Below are positions 26,033 to 35,211 of a stretch of 64,000 nt of DNA, piece by piece. Origin of the DNA: Dehalococcoidia bacterium (GTDB taxonomy: Bacteria > Chloroflexota > Dehalococcoidia > Bin125); contig CAXXRD010000002.1 in NCBI GenBank assembly GCA_963663895.2, forward strand, positions 256,001 through 320,000, in the 5' to 3' direction. How positions within the stretch are numbered: the stretch's first letter is position 1; each line of letters begins with the position of its first letter. A program made the translations under genes and the position numbers. The notes beneath the pieces were generated by a model, which searched no databases, was not told where the DNA came from, and saw only the letters and a program-made list of their open reading frames with translations.

Positions 26033-26905
26033 GTGCAAGCCGTGAAGTACGCGCGCCCGTCCTCCGTCGAAGAGGCGGTGGAGTTGCTGGAGCGGGGCGG
26101 GGCCGGCGCCCGCGTCCTGGCCGGCGGCACCGATCTGATCGTGCTGGCGCGGGAGCGGCGCATCGACGTCGACCTGCTCGTGGACGTGAAGGCGCTGGAA
26201 CCGCTGACGGCGATCCGCTACGACCCAGCGGACGGCCTCACGATCGGCGCGGCGGCGCCCTGCTATCGCATCGCCGCCCATCCGGCGGTGCAAGAGCACT
26301 ATCCCTGCCTGATCGATTGCGCCACGCTGATCGGCGGCGTCGCGATCCAGGGCCGGGCCAGCCTGGGCGGCAACCTCTGCAATGCCTCGCCCGCGGGGGA
26401 CGGCATCCCGGCGCTGATCGCGCTGGGGACGGCGGTCGAGATCGCGGGGCCGGAGGGGCGGCGGACGGTGGCGGCCGAGCAGTTCTGCACGGGTCCGGGA
26501 CGGAACGTGCTGGGGAGCGGCGAGTTCGTGGTGGCGCTGCGGGCGCCGCCGCCGGACGGCCGCGCCGGGGCCGCCTTCCGGCGCTTCATCCCCCGCGGGG
26601 AGATGGATATCGCCGTCACGAACGCGGCCGTCCACCTCCGCTTCGACGGGGACCGGGTCGGCGATGCGCGGGTGGCGGTGGGGGCGGTCGCGCCTAGGCC
26701 GCTGCTGGTCGCGGAGGCGGGCGCGGCGCTGGCCGGGGCGCCGCTGTCGGAAGCGACAATCGAGAAGGCGGCCGCCGCCGCGCGGGCGGCCGCGCGGCCG
26801 ATCGACGACATGCGCGGGACCGTGAAGCAGCGCCGGCACCTGGCCGGGGTGCTGGTGGCGCGCTGCATCCGCATCGCCGCGGAGCGGGCGGGAGTGGGGC
26901 CGTGA
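26033..26905 (+). CDS. XDH family FAD-binding subunit (CoxM-like)
   Basis: YARPSSVEEAV, VLAGGTDL, ASLGGNLCNASPAGD, PIDDMRGT. Confidence 0.93.
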   Translation: MQAVKYARPSSVEEAVELLERGGAGARVLAGGTDLIVLARERRIDVDLLVDVKALEPLTAIRYDPADGLTIGAAAPCYRIAAHPAVQEHYPCLIDCATLIGGVAIQGRASLGGNLCNASPAGDGIPALIALGTAVEIAGPEGRRTVAAEQFCTGPGRNVLGSGEFVVALRAPPPDGRAGAAFRRFIPRGEMDIAVTNAAVHLRFDGDRVGDARVAVGAVAPRPLLVAEAGAALAGAPLSEATIEKAAAAARAAARPIDDMRGTVKQRRHLAGVLVARCIRIAAERAGVGP

Positions 26906-27399
26906 GGGCGGCAGCGGGCAGCCGCCGCATCGTCGTCGGGGCGACGATCAACGACGAGCCGCAGGAGTTCCTGGCGGACGAGCGCGACAGCCTGCTGGAG
27001 GCGCTGCGCGAGCGCATCGGCCTCACGGGGGTCAAGGAGGGCTGCAACAACGGCAACTGCGGCGCCTGCACGGTGATCCTGGACGGCCGCCTCGTCTGCG
27101 CGTGCCTGGTGATGGCGGCGGAGGTGGAGGGGTCGGCGATCACGACGATCGAGGGGATCGCGTCGAGCGAGGGGCTCCACCCCTTGCAGCAAGCCTTCCT
27201 CGATGATGCGGCCCTGCAGTGCGGGGTCTGCACGCCGGGGTTCATCGTCGCGGCCAAGGCGCTGCTGGACGTCAACCCACACCCTGCGGAAGATGACGTG
27301 CGTCTGTGGCTGGCCGGCAATCTCTGCCGCTGCACGGGTTACGACAAGATCGTGCAGGCGGTGCTCGACGCGGCCGGCGACGGGAAGGAGTCCGCCTAA
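26902..27399 (+). CDS. XDH family 2Fe-2S subunit (CoxS-like)
   Basis: GCNNGNCGACTV, QCGVCTPG, NLCRCTGY. Confidence 0.95.
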   Translation: MRAAAGSRRIVVGATINDEPQEFLADERDSLLEALRERIGLTGVKEGCNNGNCGACTVILDGRLVCACLVMAAEVEGSAITTIEGIASSEGLHPLQQAFLDDAALQCGVCTPGFIVAAKALLDVNPHPAEDDVRLWLAGNLCRCTGYDKIVQAVLDAAGDGKESA

Positions 27400-29684
27400 T
27401 GGTGACGACGGAGAAGCCCTACAAGGTTGTCGGGACGCGCCCGATCCGGCCGGACGGGACCGACAAGGTCACCGGGCGGGCCAACTACGGTGCGGACATC
27501 CGGCTGCCGGGCATGCTGTACGGGCGGGTGAAGCGCAGCCCGATCGCGCACGGCACGATCAAGCGGATCGACGCCTCGAAAGCCTTGGCGCTGGCGGGCG
27601 TGCGGGCGGTGATGACGGCGGAGGACCTGCCGCGCAAAGGGAGGCGCGAGTTCGCGCCGCTGGGCTCGGTCAAGATCAGCCTCGCCACCCTCTCCGGCAA
27701 CGTCATGGCGCGCGACAAGGTGCGCTACGAGGGGCACGCGGTGGCGGCGGTCTGCGCGACGGACCCCCACATCGCCGAGGACGCGCTGGAGCTGATCGAG
27801 GTCGAGTACGAGGAGCTGCCGCCCGTCCTGCACGCCGACGAGGCGATGCTGGCCTCCGCGCCGCTGATCGATGAAGCGCTGCACACGCGCGAGATGGCGA
27901 CGGGCGAGTCGGCCGAGGAGCCGAGCAACGTCGCCATGCACTTCGTGGCGGAGATGGGGGACGTGGAGGCGGGCTTCGCGGAGGCGGACGTCGTCCTGGA
28001 GCGGACGTTCAAGACGCAGATGGTGCATCAAGGCTACATCGAGCCGCACAACGCCACGGCGTTCTGGCGGCAGGACGGCGGCCTCGAGATCTGGTGCAGC
28101 ACGCAGGCGACCTTCGTCATGCGCGACCATCTGGCGGGCCTGCTGGAGCATCCGGTGTCGCAGATCCGCGTCACGCCGCAAGAGATCGGCGGCGGCTTCG
28201 GCGGGAAGATCTCCGTGTACCTGGAGCCGCTGGCCGCGGTGCTGTCCCGCAAGACGGGCAAGCCGGTCAAGATGACGCTGACGCGCGACGAGGTCTTCCG
28301 CGCGACCGGACCGACCTCCGGCACCGCGATCCGCGTGAAGCTGGGCGCCAAGCGCGACGGCACGCTGGTCGCGGCCGCGGGCGAGTTGGTCTACGAGGCC
28401 GGCGCCTTTCCAGGGTCGCCGGTGGCCGCGGGCGTGCGCTGCATCTTCACCGCCCACGCGATCCCGAACCAACGCATCGACGGCTACGACGTGCTCGTCA
28501 ACAAGCCCAAGGTGCAGCCCTACCGCGCGCCGGGCGCGCCGGCCGCCTGCTTTGCGACCGATTCCGTGATGGACGAGCTGGCGGAGCGGCTGGATCTCGA
28601 TCCGATCGCCCTGCGGCTCAAGAACGCGGCCGTGGAGGGCACGCGCAGCGCCGACGGCGCGGCCTTCGGCGTGATCGGAAGCCGCGATTGCCTGGAGGCG
28701 ATCCGCAACAGCCCGCACTACCGCTCCGAGCTACAGGGCCCCAACCGGGGCCGCGGCGTGGCGCACGGGTACTGGTACAACGCGGGGCTGGAGTCGAGCG
28801 CCTACGCCAGCGTCAACTCTGACGGGACGGTGGCGCTGGTGCTGGGGTCGCCGGACATCGGCGGCACCCGCGCCTCGATCGCGATGCAGCTGGCGGAGAC
28901 GCTGGGCATCGCGGCCGAGCGCGTGATCCCGCAAGTGGTCGACACGGATTCCGTGGGCTTCACGAGCGTGACGGGCGGCAGCCGCACGGCCTTCGCCGGC
29001 GGCTGGGCCGCCCACGAGGCGGGGCTGGACCTGCGCCAGCAGCTGGCTGCGCGCGCGGCCAAGATCTGGGGCGTCGAGGCCGAGCAGGTGCGCTACCGGG
29101 ACGACGCGGTGATCGTCGGTCCGGCCGGGGAGGACGGCGGCGAGCGGTCGATCACGTTCACGGAGCTGGCGGCGAAGCTGGCAAGTACGGGCGGAATGAT
29201 CGTGGGGCGGGCGGACAGCAACCACGCGAGCGCGGCGCCGACGTTCGCGACGCACCTCGTCGACGTGGAGGTCGACCCGGAGACGGGCAAGGTCGAGGTC
29301 CTGCGCTACACGGCCGCGCAGGACGTGGGCACGGCGATCCATCCGTCCTACGTGGAAGGACAGATCCAAGGCGGCGTGTCGCAGGGCGTGGGATGGGCGC
29401 TCAACGAGGAGTACCGCTTCGACGAGAAGGGGCGGATGGAGAACGCGAGCTTCCTGGACTACCGCATGCCGACCGCGCTGGACCTGCCGATGATCGAAAC
29501 GGTGTTGGTCGAGGTGCCGAACCCCGGCCATCCCTACGGGGTGCGCGGCGTGGGCGAGGTGCCGATCGTGCCGCCGCTGGCCGCCGTCGCGAACGCGGTG
29601 CACGCGGCCACCGGGCATCGCTTCACCGAGCTCCCGATCTCCCCGGGCGCCGTGCTCGAGAAGCTGCTGCCCGGCGAGGACTAG
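27399..29684 (+). CDS. XDH family molybdopterin-binding subunit
   Basis: DKVTGRANYGAD, IGGGFGGK, PYRAPGAP, TGGSRT, RGVGEVP; TAATG coupling at 27397-27401. Confidence 0.93.
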   Translation: MVTTEKPYKVVGTRPIRPDGTDKVTGRANYGADIRLPGMLYGRVKRSPIAHGTIKRIDASKALALAGVRAVMTAEDLPRKGRREFAPLGSVKISLATLSGNVMARDKVRYEGHAVAAVCATDPHIAEDALELIEVEYEELPPVLHADEAMLASAPLIDEALHTREMATGESAEEPSNVAMHFVAEMGDVEAGFAEADVVLERTFKTQMVHQGYIEPHNATAFWRQDGGLEIWCSTQATFVMRDHLAGLLEHPVSQIRVTPQEIGGGFGGKISVYLEPLAAVLSRKTGKPVKMTLTRDEVFRATGPTSGTAIRVKLGAKRDGTLVAAAGELVYEAGAFPGSPVAAGVRCIFTAHAIPNQRIDGYDVLVNKPKVQPYRAPGAPAACFATDSVMDELAERLDLDPIALRLKNAAVEGTRSADGAAFGVIGSRDCLEAIRNSPHYRSELQGPNRGRGVAHGYWYNAGLESSAYASVNSDGTVALVLGSPDIGGTRASIAMQLAETLGIAAERVIPQVVDTDSVGFTSVTGGSRTAFAGGWAAHEAGLDLRQQLAARAAKIWGVEAEQVRYRDDAVIVGPAGEDGGERSITFTELAAKLASTGGMIVGRADSNHASAAPTFATHLVDVEVDPETGKVEVLRYTAAQDVGTAIHPSYVEGQIQGGVSQGVGWALNEEYRFDEKGRMENASFLDYRMPTALDLPMIETVLVEVPNPGHPYGVRGVGEVPIVPPLAAVANAVHAATGHRFTELPISPGAVLEKLLPGED

Positions 29685-29694
29685 CGGTCCGGCC

Positions 29695-29967
29695 GTGGCG
29701 CGCGTCTTCATCCCCGCGACGCTGCGCGATCGTTGCGACGGCCGCAGCGAGGTCGAGGTCGAGGGAGCAACGCTGCGGCAGATCGTCGAGAACCTCGACG
29801 CGGCCTGTCCGGGGATCGCGGCGCGAATCCTGGAAGGGGAGGCCGTACGTCCCGACTTGGCGCTGGCGGTGAACGGCGTCGTGGGAGCGGAGGGGCTGCT
29901 GGAACGGGTGCCGGACGGCGCGGAGATTCAGATCATGCCCGCGATCGCGGGCGGCGGCGCGGGGTGA
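29695..29967 (+). CDS. MoaD/ThiS family ubiquitin-like sulfur carrier
   Basis: VFIPATLR..VEVEGATL..LAVNG..IMPAIAGG (followed by GAG). Confidence 0.85.
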   Translation: MARVFIPATLRDRCDGRSEVEVEGATLRQIVENLDAACPGIAARILEGEAVRPDLALAVNGVVGAEGLLERVPDGAEIQIMPAIAGGGAG

Positions 29968-30008
29968 CGCGGGCGCTTGAGCCGACTGCTCGTTCGGCTC
30001 ACGGCTAT

Positions 30009-31478
30009 TTAGTTAGTGCGGAAGCTGCCGTCGTAGAACGTGCCGAGGTAGGCGCCCCAGCTCACTGCGTCCGAACCGAGAGGCCCCAGCGCCCGGCGCT
30101 CCAGCGTCCACCCGGCGTCGTCAAAACGGCTCTGCACGAGATCGAGGGCGCCATCGGCGTCGAGATCGATAACGAGGCCCGTCCCGAAAGTGGTGCCGGC
30201 CGTGGCGAGCAGCTCCGTCACCCGCCAGCCGTCTGGATCGATGAGCAGAAGCCGCTGGTTCGCGTCCTCCTCCAAGGGGCTCAGCGTGATGAGCACCTCG
30301 TCCCGGTCATCGCCCACGAGATCCACGGCGAGCGGCGAGGAGAGCAGCGGCAGATCGAACCGCTCCCGCCACAGCAGCTCGCCCGTGGCGCCCGACACCG
30401 CTACGAGGATCGAGGCGGTGTAGGCGGGCAGCATGCCAACGCTGAAGGCGGCGAACAGGTCGGGGACTGCGTCGCCGTCCAAGAAGCCGACGGCCGGGGT
30501 CGCCCAGGTCTCGCTGTCGGGGAACCGCTGCCGCCAAAGCGGCTCGACGGACTCCCCGTCGAGCGCGACGAGGCGTCCGTCGAACGTGGCGGCAACGATG
30601 TCCAGGGTGCCGTCGTCCGTCAGATCGACCAGGGCCGGGGACGCCACGAGCCCGCGGCGATTGTCGGGGGCGATCACCTCCCGTGAACGCGAGAGGTCTC
30701 CCGCGATCACGTCGGCCAGCGGCACGACCCAGAGCGAGCCGGCCAGCGTTTCGCCCCCGGTGCCGAAGACGACGAGATCCGTCCCGTCGGACGCGCGCCG
30801 GTAGACGAGCGCCGACATGTAGGTTTCCGCTGCGTCCGGCGTCTCCCCCGCCGCCAGGATCGCGCCCGAGCGGCCGCTCAGCACCATGAGGTGGCCCGGC
30901 GGGCGGGGATAGAAGGGCGGCAGTCCCGGGTCACCCCCGTTCGCGACCAGGACCTCCGGCACGGCGTCCCCGTCGAGATCGTCGAGGAACTGGGGCGTGT
31001 AGAAGTTGTACCAGCCGTCGAAGTCGGCATATCCGCGCGGGTAGAAGAGCCACAGGACCTCCCCGCTGCGTCCGTCGATCGCGTAGAGCTCGGCATTGCG
31101 CCCGCCGATCACGATGTCCGGCGTGCCGTCGCCGGTGAGGTCGGCGAGGCCGGGCGATCCGAAGATCTCGTCGCGCGTTTGGACGCGCCAGAGCTCGATT
31201 CCGGTGCGCCCGTCGCGCGCCGTGACATAGCCGGCTTGGGGGAGCGTCTCCTGGCCGTGGCCGAGCACGATATCGAGGACGCCGTCGCCGGTGAGATCGG
31301 CGGCGCGGGGCGAGGAGAAGATCCGGAGCTCGCCGCCGGCCACCCACTCCAGCGCCAAGCTGGGGCGGGCGGGCTCCGCCTCGTCACCACAGGCGGCGCC
31401 GAGCGCGCCGAGCGCGCCGAGCGCGAGCAGGCCGGCCGCGGCAACCAGCCCGGCGCCGTTCAGGCACGCGTTCGTCAT
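30009..31478 (-). CDS. Lipoprotein with FG-GAP/PQQ-like beta-propeller repeats (FAM234-like)
   Basis: Lipobox GAACG; repeated SP..ADLTGDG..DIV motifs and LYAIDGRSGEVLW PQQ-type repeats; start 31478 or 31487. Confidence 0.8.
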   Translation of the reverse strand: MTNACLNGAGLVAAAGLLALGALGALGAACGDEAEPARPSLALEWVAGGELRIFSSPRAADLTGDGVLDIVLGHGQETLPQAGYVTARDGRTGIELWRVQTRDEIFGSPGLADLTGDGTPDIVIGGRNAELYAIDGRSGEVLWLFYPRGYADFDGWYNFYTPQFLDDLDGDAVPEVLVANGGDPGLPPFYPRPPGHLMVLSGRSGAILAAGETPDAAETYMSALVYRRASDGTDLVVFGTGGETLAGSLWVVPLADVIAGDLSRSREVIAPDNRRGLVASPALVDLTDDGTLDIVAATFDGRLVALDGESVEPLWRQRFPDSETWATPAVGFLDGDAVPDLFAAFSVGMLPAYTASILVAVSGATGELLWRERFDLPLLSSPLAVDLVGDDRDEVLITLSPLEEDANQRLLLIDPDGWRVTELLATAGTTFGTGLVIDLDADGALDLVQSRFDDAGWTLERRALGPLGSDAVSWGAYLGTFYDGSFRTN

Positions 31479-31604
31479 CCTGCCCATTCCGGTGCGCTGC
31501 TCCCGCCGGCCGAGCGTAGCAGCAGCGTACGGTACGGTTGCTACACTTTCGGCAATACGAACGGCGGCAAGACGAGCGGCCGCGTACTCGGGAGACGCTG
31601 GATC

Positions 31605-32015
31605 GTGCCCACGGCAGAGCCCATCGACGCGAACGTCTTCACATTCGAGGCGGACGAACTGCGCATCAAGGCCAGCGAGTGCGCGGCCTGCGGAGCGCGC
31701 TTCCATCCTCCCCGGCGATGTTGCGCGCGATGCGCGAGCGGGGAGATGCGCGCCCGCGTCGCCGATCCCGCCGGCACGATCGAGACGTTCACGATCGTGC
31801 ACCAGCGTCCACCCGGAGGGCTGCCGGAGCCGCCCTATACGCTGGCCGACGTCCGGCTGCGAAGCGGCGAGCGCTTTGCTTGCGTGAGCCTCGATACCGC
31901 TGGAATGACGATCGGTGCGCCGGTGCGGCTGCGCGTGGCGGCGTTCGACACCGATACCGGCCCGCGCGCGGGTCTTGTGTTCGATTTGGCACCGGAAGGA
32001 GAAGCGCATGCGTGA
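31605..32015 (+). CDS. DUF35/ChsH2-like Zn-ribbon + OB-fold thiolase partner
   Basis: CAACG..FHPPR..CARC, GTIETFTIVH, PY..A.V.L; overlaps thiolase start. Confidence 0.85.
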   Translation: MPTAEPIDANVFTFEADELRIKASECAACGARFHPPRRCCARCASGEMRARVADPAGTIETFTIVHQRPPGGLPEPPYTLADVRLRSGERFACVSLDTAGMTIGAPVRLRVAAFDTDTGPRAGLVFDLAPEGEAHA

Positions 32016-33135
32016 GGTTGTCGTGCTCGGCGGCGGGCTCCATCCCTTTGGCCGGTTCCCGGAGAAGTCGTTCGTCGACCTGACGACGCCGGCGGTTCGC
32101 GAGGCGCTCGACGACGCGGGCGTCTCCTTCCAAGAGGTGCAGATCGCCTACTGCGGCCGCGTCTATGCGCCGATGGGAACGGGCCTGGCCGTCGTCAATG
32201 AGTTCGGGCTGACCGGCATCCCCATCGTCAACGTCGAACAGGCCTGCTCGAGCAGCTCGACCGCCTTCCGGCAGGCTTATTGGGCGATCGGGCAGGGGCT
32301 CTACGACGTCGCCCTGATCGTGGGCTTCGAGAAGATGGAGCGCGGCATGATCAAGATGGCCGCCCAAGACTCATACGAGGTGCAGATGGGGCAGAGCGTG
32401 GCGCCCGCCGGCTACGCGCGGAAGGCGCAGCAATACATGCACCGCCACGGCGCCACGCCGGAGATGTTCGCGCAGATCTCCGTGAAGTCCCACAAGAACG
32501 GCTCGCTCAATCCCAACGCGCAGTACCAGAAACCGGTGACCCTCGAAGAGGTGCTGGCATCGCGAATGATCGCGTCGCCGATCACGCTGCTGCAGTGCTC
32601 GCCCACCTCCGATGGCGCCTCTGCGCTGGTGCTGGCGAGTGCGGAGCGGGCGCGCAAGTATTCGTCGCCGGACCGCTGGATGACGATCGCCGGCTGGGCC
32701 GCGGGGACGGAAGCGTACGAAGAGGATCCGGGCGAGGAGGGTGATCTCGAACCCACGGTCACCAGACTCAGCGCCGAGCTGTATGAACGGGCCGGGATCG
32801 CGCCGGCCGACATCGACGTGGTCCAGGTCCACGACGCCTTCACGCCCGGCGAGGTGCTGCGCCTGGAGGCCATGGGGCTCGTTCCAGAAGGGGAGGGAGC
32901 CCGCTTCGTGGCGGAAGGCGGCGCCGACATCGACGGACCGGTCCCGGTCAACACGGACGGCGGCTTGATCAGTCGCGGACATCCCATGGGAGCGACGGGC
33001 GCGGCGCAGATCGTGGAGATCCTGCGTCAACTCCGAGGCGAGGCGGGAGACCGTCAGGTCCCGGGCGAGCCCAAGGTCGGTGTTTGCCACAACTCCGGCG
33101 TGGGCGGCGTCAACATGCACGCTTTCAAGAAGTAG
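32008..33135 (+). CDS. SCP2-type thiolase family protein
   Basis: NVEQACSSSSTA, GFEKM, CSPTSDGA, QVHDAF, VNTDGGLISRGHPMGATG; AAGGAG RBS. Confidence 0.92.
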   Translation: MREVVVLGGGLHPFGRFPEKSFVDLTTPAVREALDDAGVSFQEVQIAYCGRVYAPMGTGLAVVNEFGLTGIPIVNVEQACSSSSTAFRQAYWAIGQGLYDVALIVGFEKMERGMIKMAAQDSYEVQMGQSVAPAGYARKAQQYMHRHGATPEMFAQISVKSHKNGSLNPNAQYQKPVTLEEVLASRMIASPITLLQCSPTSDGASALVLASAERARKYSSPDRWMTIAGWAAGTEAYEEDPGEEGDLEPTVTRLSAELYERAGIAPADIDVVQVHDAFTPGEVLRLEAMGLVPEGEGARFVAEGGADIDGPVPVNTDGGLISRGHPMGATGAAQIVEILRQLRGEAGDRQVPGEPKVGVCHNSGVGGVNMHAFKK

Positions 33136-33163
33136 CCGGCCCGGCACCAGCGCACGGCCGTAT

Positions 33164-33192
33164 TTGACCTAGCTTCCGACGGAGGGTATGCA
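33164..33192 (+). promoter_or_regulatory. Possible sigma70-type promoter
   Basis: TTGACC-17 nt-TATGCA upstream of the LLM gene; weak -10. Confidence 0.3.
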
Positions 33193-33248
33193 GGCGTCGG
33201 CGGATTCTTGCGTCCGCACGAGAGACCTTCGACCTCAAGGGATATGCG

Positions 33249-34244
33249 ATGCAATACGGCCTAATGATGGTGCTGAGCCCGCGGGAACCGATCGCTCGCT
33301 TTCCGACGATCGCCAAACGCGCCGAGGATCTGGGGTTCAGCACCGCCTGGCTGGGCGAATCACAGCTCATCGCCAAAGACGCTTACGTCGCCCTGGCGCT
33401 GGCGGCAGGCGAGACGAACCGAATCCAGCTCGGGCCGGGAGTCGCCAACCCGGTGACGCGACACGCAACGGTGCTGGCGAACACCATGGCGGCGCTGCAC
33501 GAAGTCAGCGCGGGCCGCAGCGTCTTGGGCATCGGCACGGGCGACAGCGCCGTGCGGACGATCGGCGTCAAGCCGGCGACCGTGGCCGAACTCGGCACCT
33601 GCATCGATCGGATCCGCGCCTTGCTGAACGGGGAGGAGATCGATCTGGACGGCCACGGAGTCCAACTGCTGACGGCCAACGGCCCGCTGCCGATCTTCGT
33701 GTCCGCAAGTCAGCCGCGGATGCTGCGACTCGCCGGCGCCAAGGCCGACGGGGTCGTGCTGATGGGGGGCGCGGAGCCCGGAGTGACGCAGTGGCAGCTG
33801 GATCACATCCAGGCCGGCGCACGGGAAGCCGGGCGGAGCTTGGACGACGTCTTCATCGACTTGTGGTTCGCGATCGCAGTTGACGAGGATCGCGCGCAAG
33901 CGCGTCAAGACGTGAGCGCTTGGGTGACCAGCCAAGCGCGCTTCTTCGCCAAATGGAAGACGCTGCCCGCCTCGCTGCAACCCTTTGCGGACGAGTTCGA
34001 GCGCGCCTATCGTTCGTACGACTTCTACCACCACCTCTCGCGGCACGCCGAGCACGCCCAAGGCGTGAGCGAGGAACTCATCGACCTGCTGGCAGTAGCC
34101 GGGCCGGTGGACGTTTGCGTGGAGAAGATCGCGGCGCTGCGCGACTTGAAGATCGACCAGATCACCTTCACGCTACTCTCGGGCGGACGCATGGAGCGAT
34201 TACGGCGGCTCGGCGAAGAGCTCATTCCCGCTCTCGGATCGTGA
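33249..34244 (+). CDS. LLM class (luciferase-like, probably F420-dependent, Mer-like) oxidoreductase
   Basis: AEDLGFSTAWLGES, IQLGPGVANPVTRH, GRSVLGIGTGD, PRMLRLAGAKADG. Confidence 0.9.
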   Translation: MQYGLMMVLSPREPIARFPTIAKRAEDLGFSTAWLGESQLIAKDAYVALALAAGETNRIQLGPGVANPVTRHATVLANTMAALHEVSAGRSVLGIGTGDSAVRTIGVKPATVAELGTCIDRIRALLNGEEIDLDGHGVQLLTANGPLPIFVSASQPRMLRLAGAKADGVVLMGGAEPGVTQWQLDHIQAGAREAGRSLDDVFIDLWFAIAVDEDRAQARQDVSAWVTSQARFFAKWKTLPASLQPFADEFERAYRSYDFYHHLSRHAEHAQGVSEELIDLLAVAGPVDVCVEKIAALRDLKIDQITFTLLSGGRMERLRRLGEELIPALGS

Positions 34245-34281
34245 AGAGCGGGCGGCACGCCCGAGGGAAAGGCACGGGGAC

Positions 34282-35205
34282 ATGATCATCGATTCGCACG
34301 CACACCTGTACGGGCCGAGGGTCACGCCGCGCGCCTGGCTCCAGGCCTTTGCCGACTACGGGAGCGCGATCTCGACCCGCTCATCCGACTACGTCGGCCG
34401 CAAGATCGCGGAGGGTTGGTTCGACGAGACGGGCGATCTGCTGGTCGCGGACATGGACGAAGCGGGCATAGACAAAACGGTCATCATGGCGATCGACTTC
34501 GGCTTGTACGCCGGCACCGATGACGACGTGTCCCTCGAGCAGCGCTACGCGATCTTTTACGAGGCGGTGCAGCGCCACCCGCAGCGGCTTGTGCTCTACG
34601 GCAGCGTCGACCCACGGCGCCCCGGCGCCCCGGACTTCGTGCAGCGCGCCGTCGAGCAGTGGGGAATGAAAGGATTCAAGCTCTGGTGCACGGGCGTAAA
34701 CCCCCAAGACAGCGCCTGCTACCGCGTATACGAGAAGTGCGCGGCGCTCGGGCTTCCGGTCGTCGTGCATACCGGCCAGGAGATCACGCCCGCACGGACC
34801 GAGCCCACGCGGCCGGTGTACGTCGATCAGCCATCCGCCGACTTCCCAGAGGTGACGTTCGTGCTGGCGCACGCCGGCATGGCTTGGTGGGAGGAGGCGG
34901 CAAGCCTGGCCTGGCACCATCCCAACGTCTATCTGGACACGGCCTACTGGCAGATGAAGTACCTCACCGACCCCGCGCAGTTCGCACGGGAGCTGCGCGG
35001 CCTGATCTCAACGGCCGGCAAGGAGAAGGTGTTTTTCGGCAGCGACTGGCCGGCGCTTCGTACCGTGCGCAGGGCGAAACACGATGCCTGGGTGCAGGTC
35101 CTGCGCTCACTTCCGGACGAAGCGCCGGGCGGCGTGCAGTTCGAACGGGAAGAGATCGATCTGCTGCTGGGCGGCGCGGCCGCAAAGGCGCTCAACCTGG
35201 AATAG
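34282..35205 (+). CDS. Amidohydrolase family 2 protein
   Basis: IIDSHAH, PVVVHTG, VLAHAG, NVYLDTA, KVFFGSDWP. Confidence 0.88.
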   Translation: MIIDSHAHLYGPRVTPRAWLQAFADYGSAISTRSSDYVGRKIAEGWFDETGDLLVADMDEAGIDKTVIMAIDFGLYAGTDDDVSLEQRYAIFYEAVQRHPQRLVLYGSVDPRRPGAPDFVQRAVEQWGMKGFKLWCTGVNPQDSACYRVYEKCAALGLPVVVHTGQEITPARTEPTRPVYVDQPSADFPEVTFVLAHAGMAWWEEAASLAWHHPNVYLDTAYWQMKYLTDPAQFARELRGLISTAGKEKVFFGSDWPALRTVRRAKHDAWVQVLRSLPDEAPGGVQFEREEIDLLLGGAAAKALNLE

Positions 35206-35211
35206 GCGACC

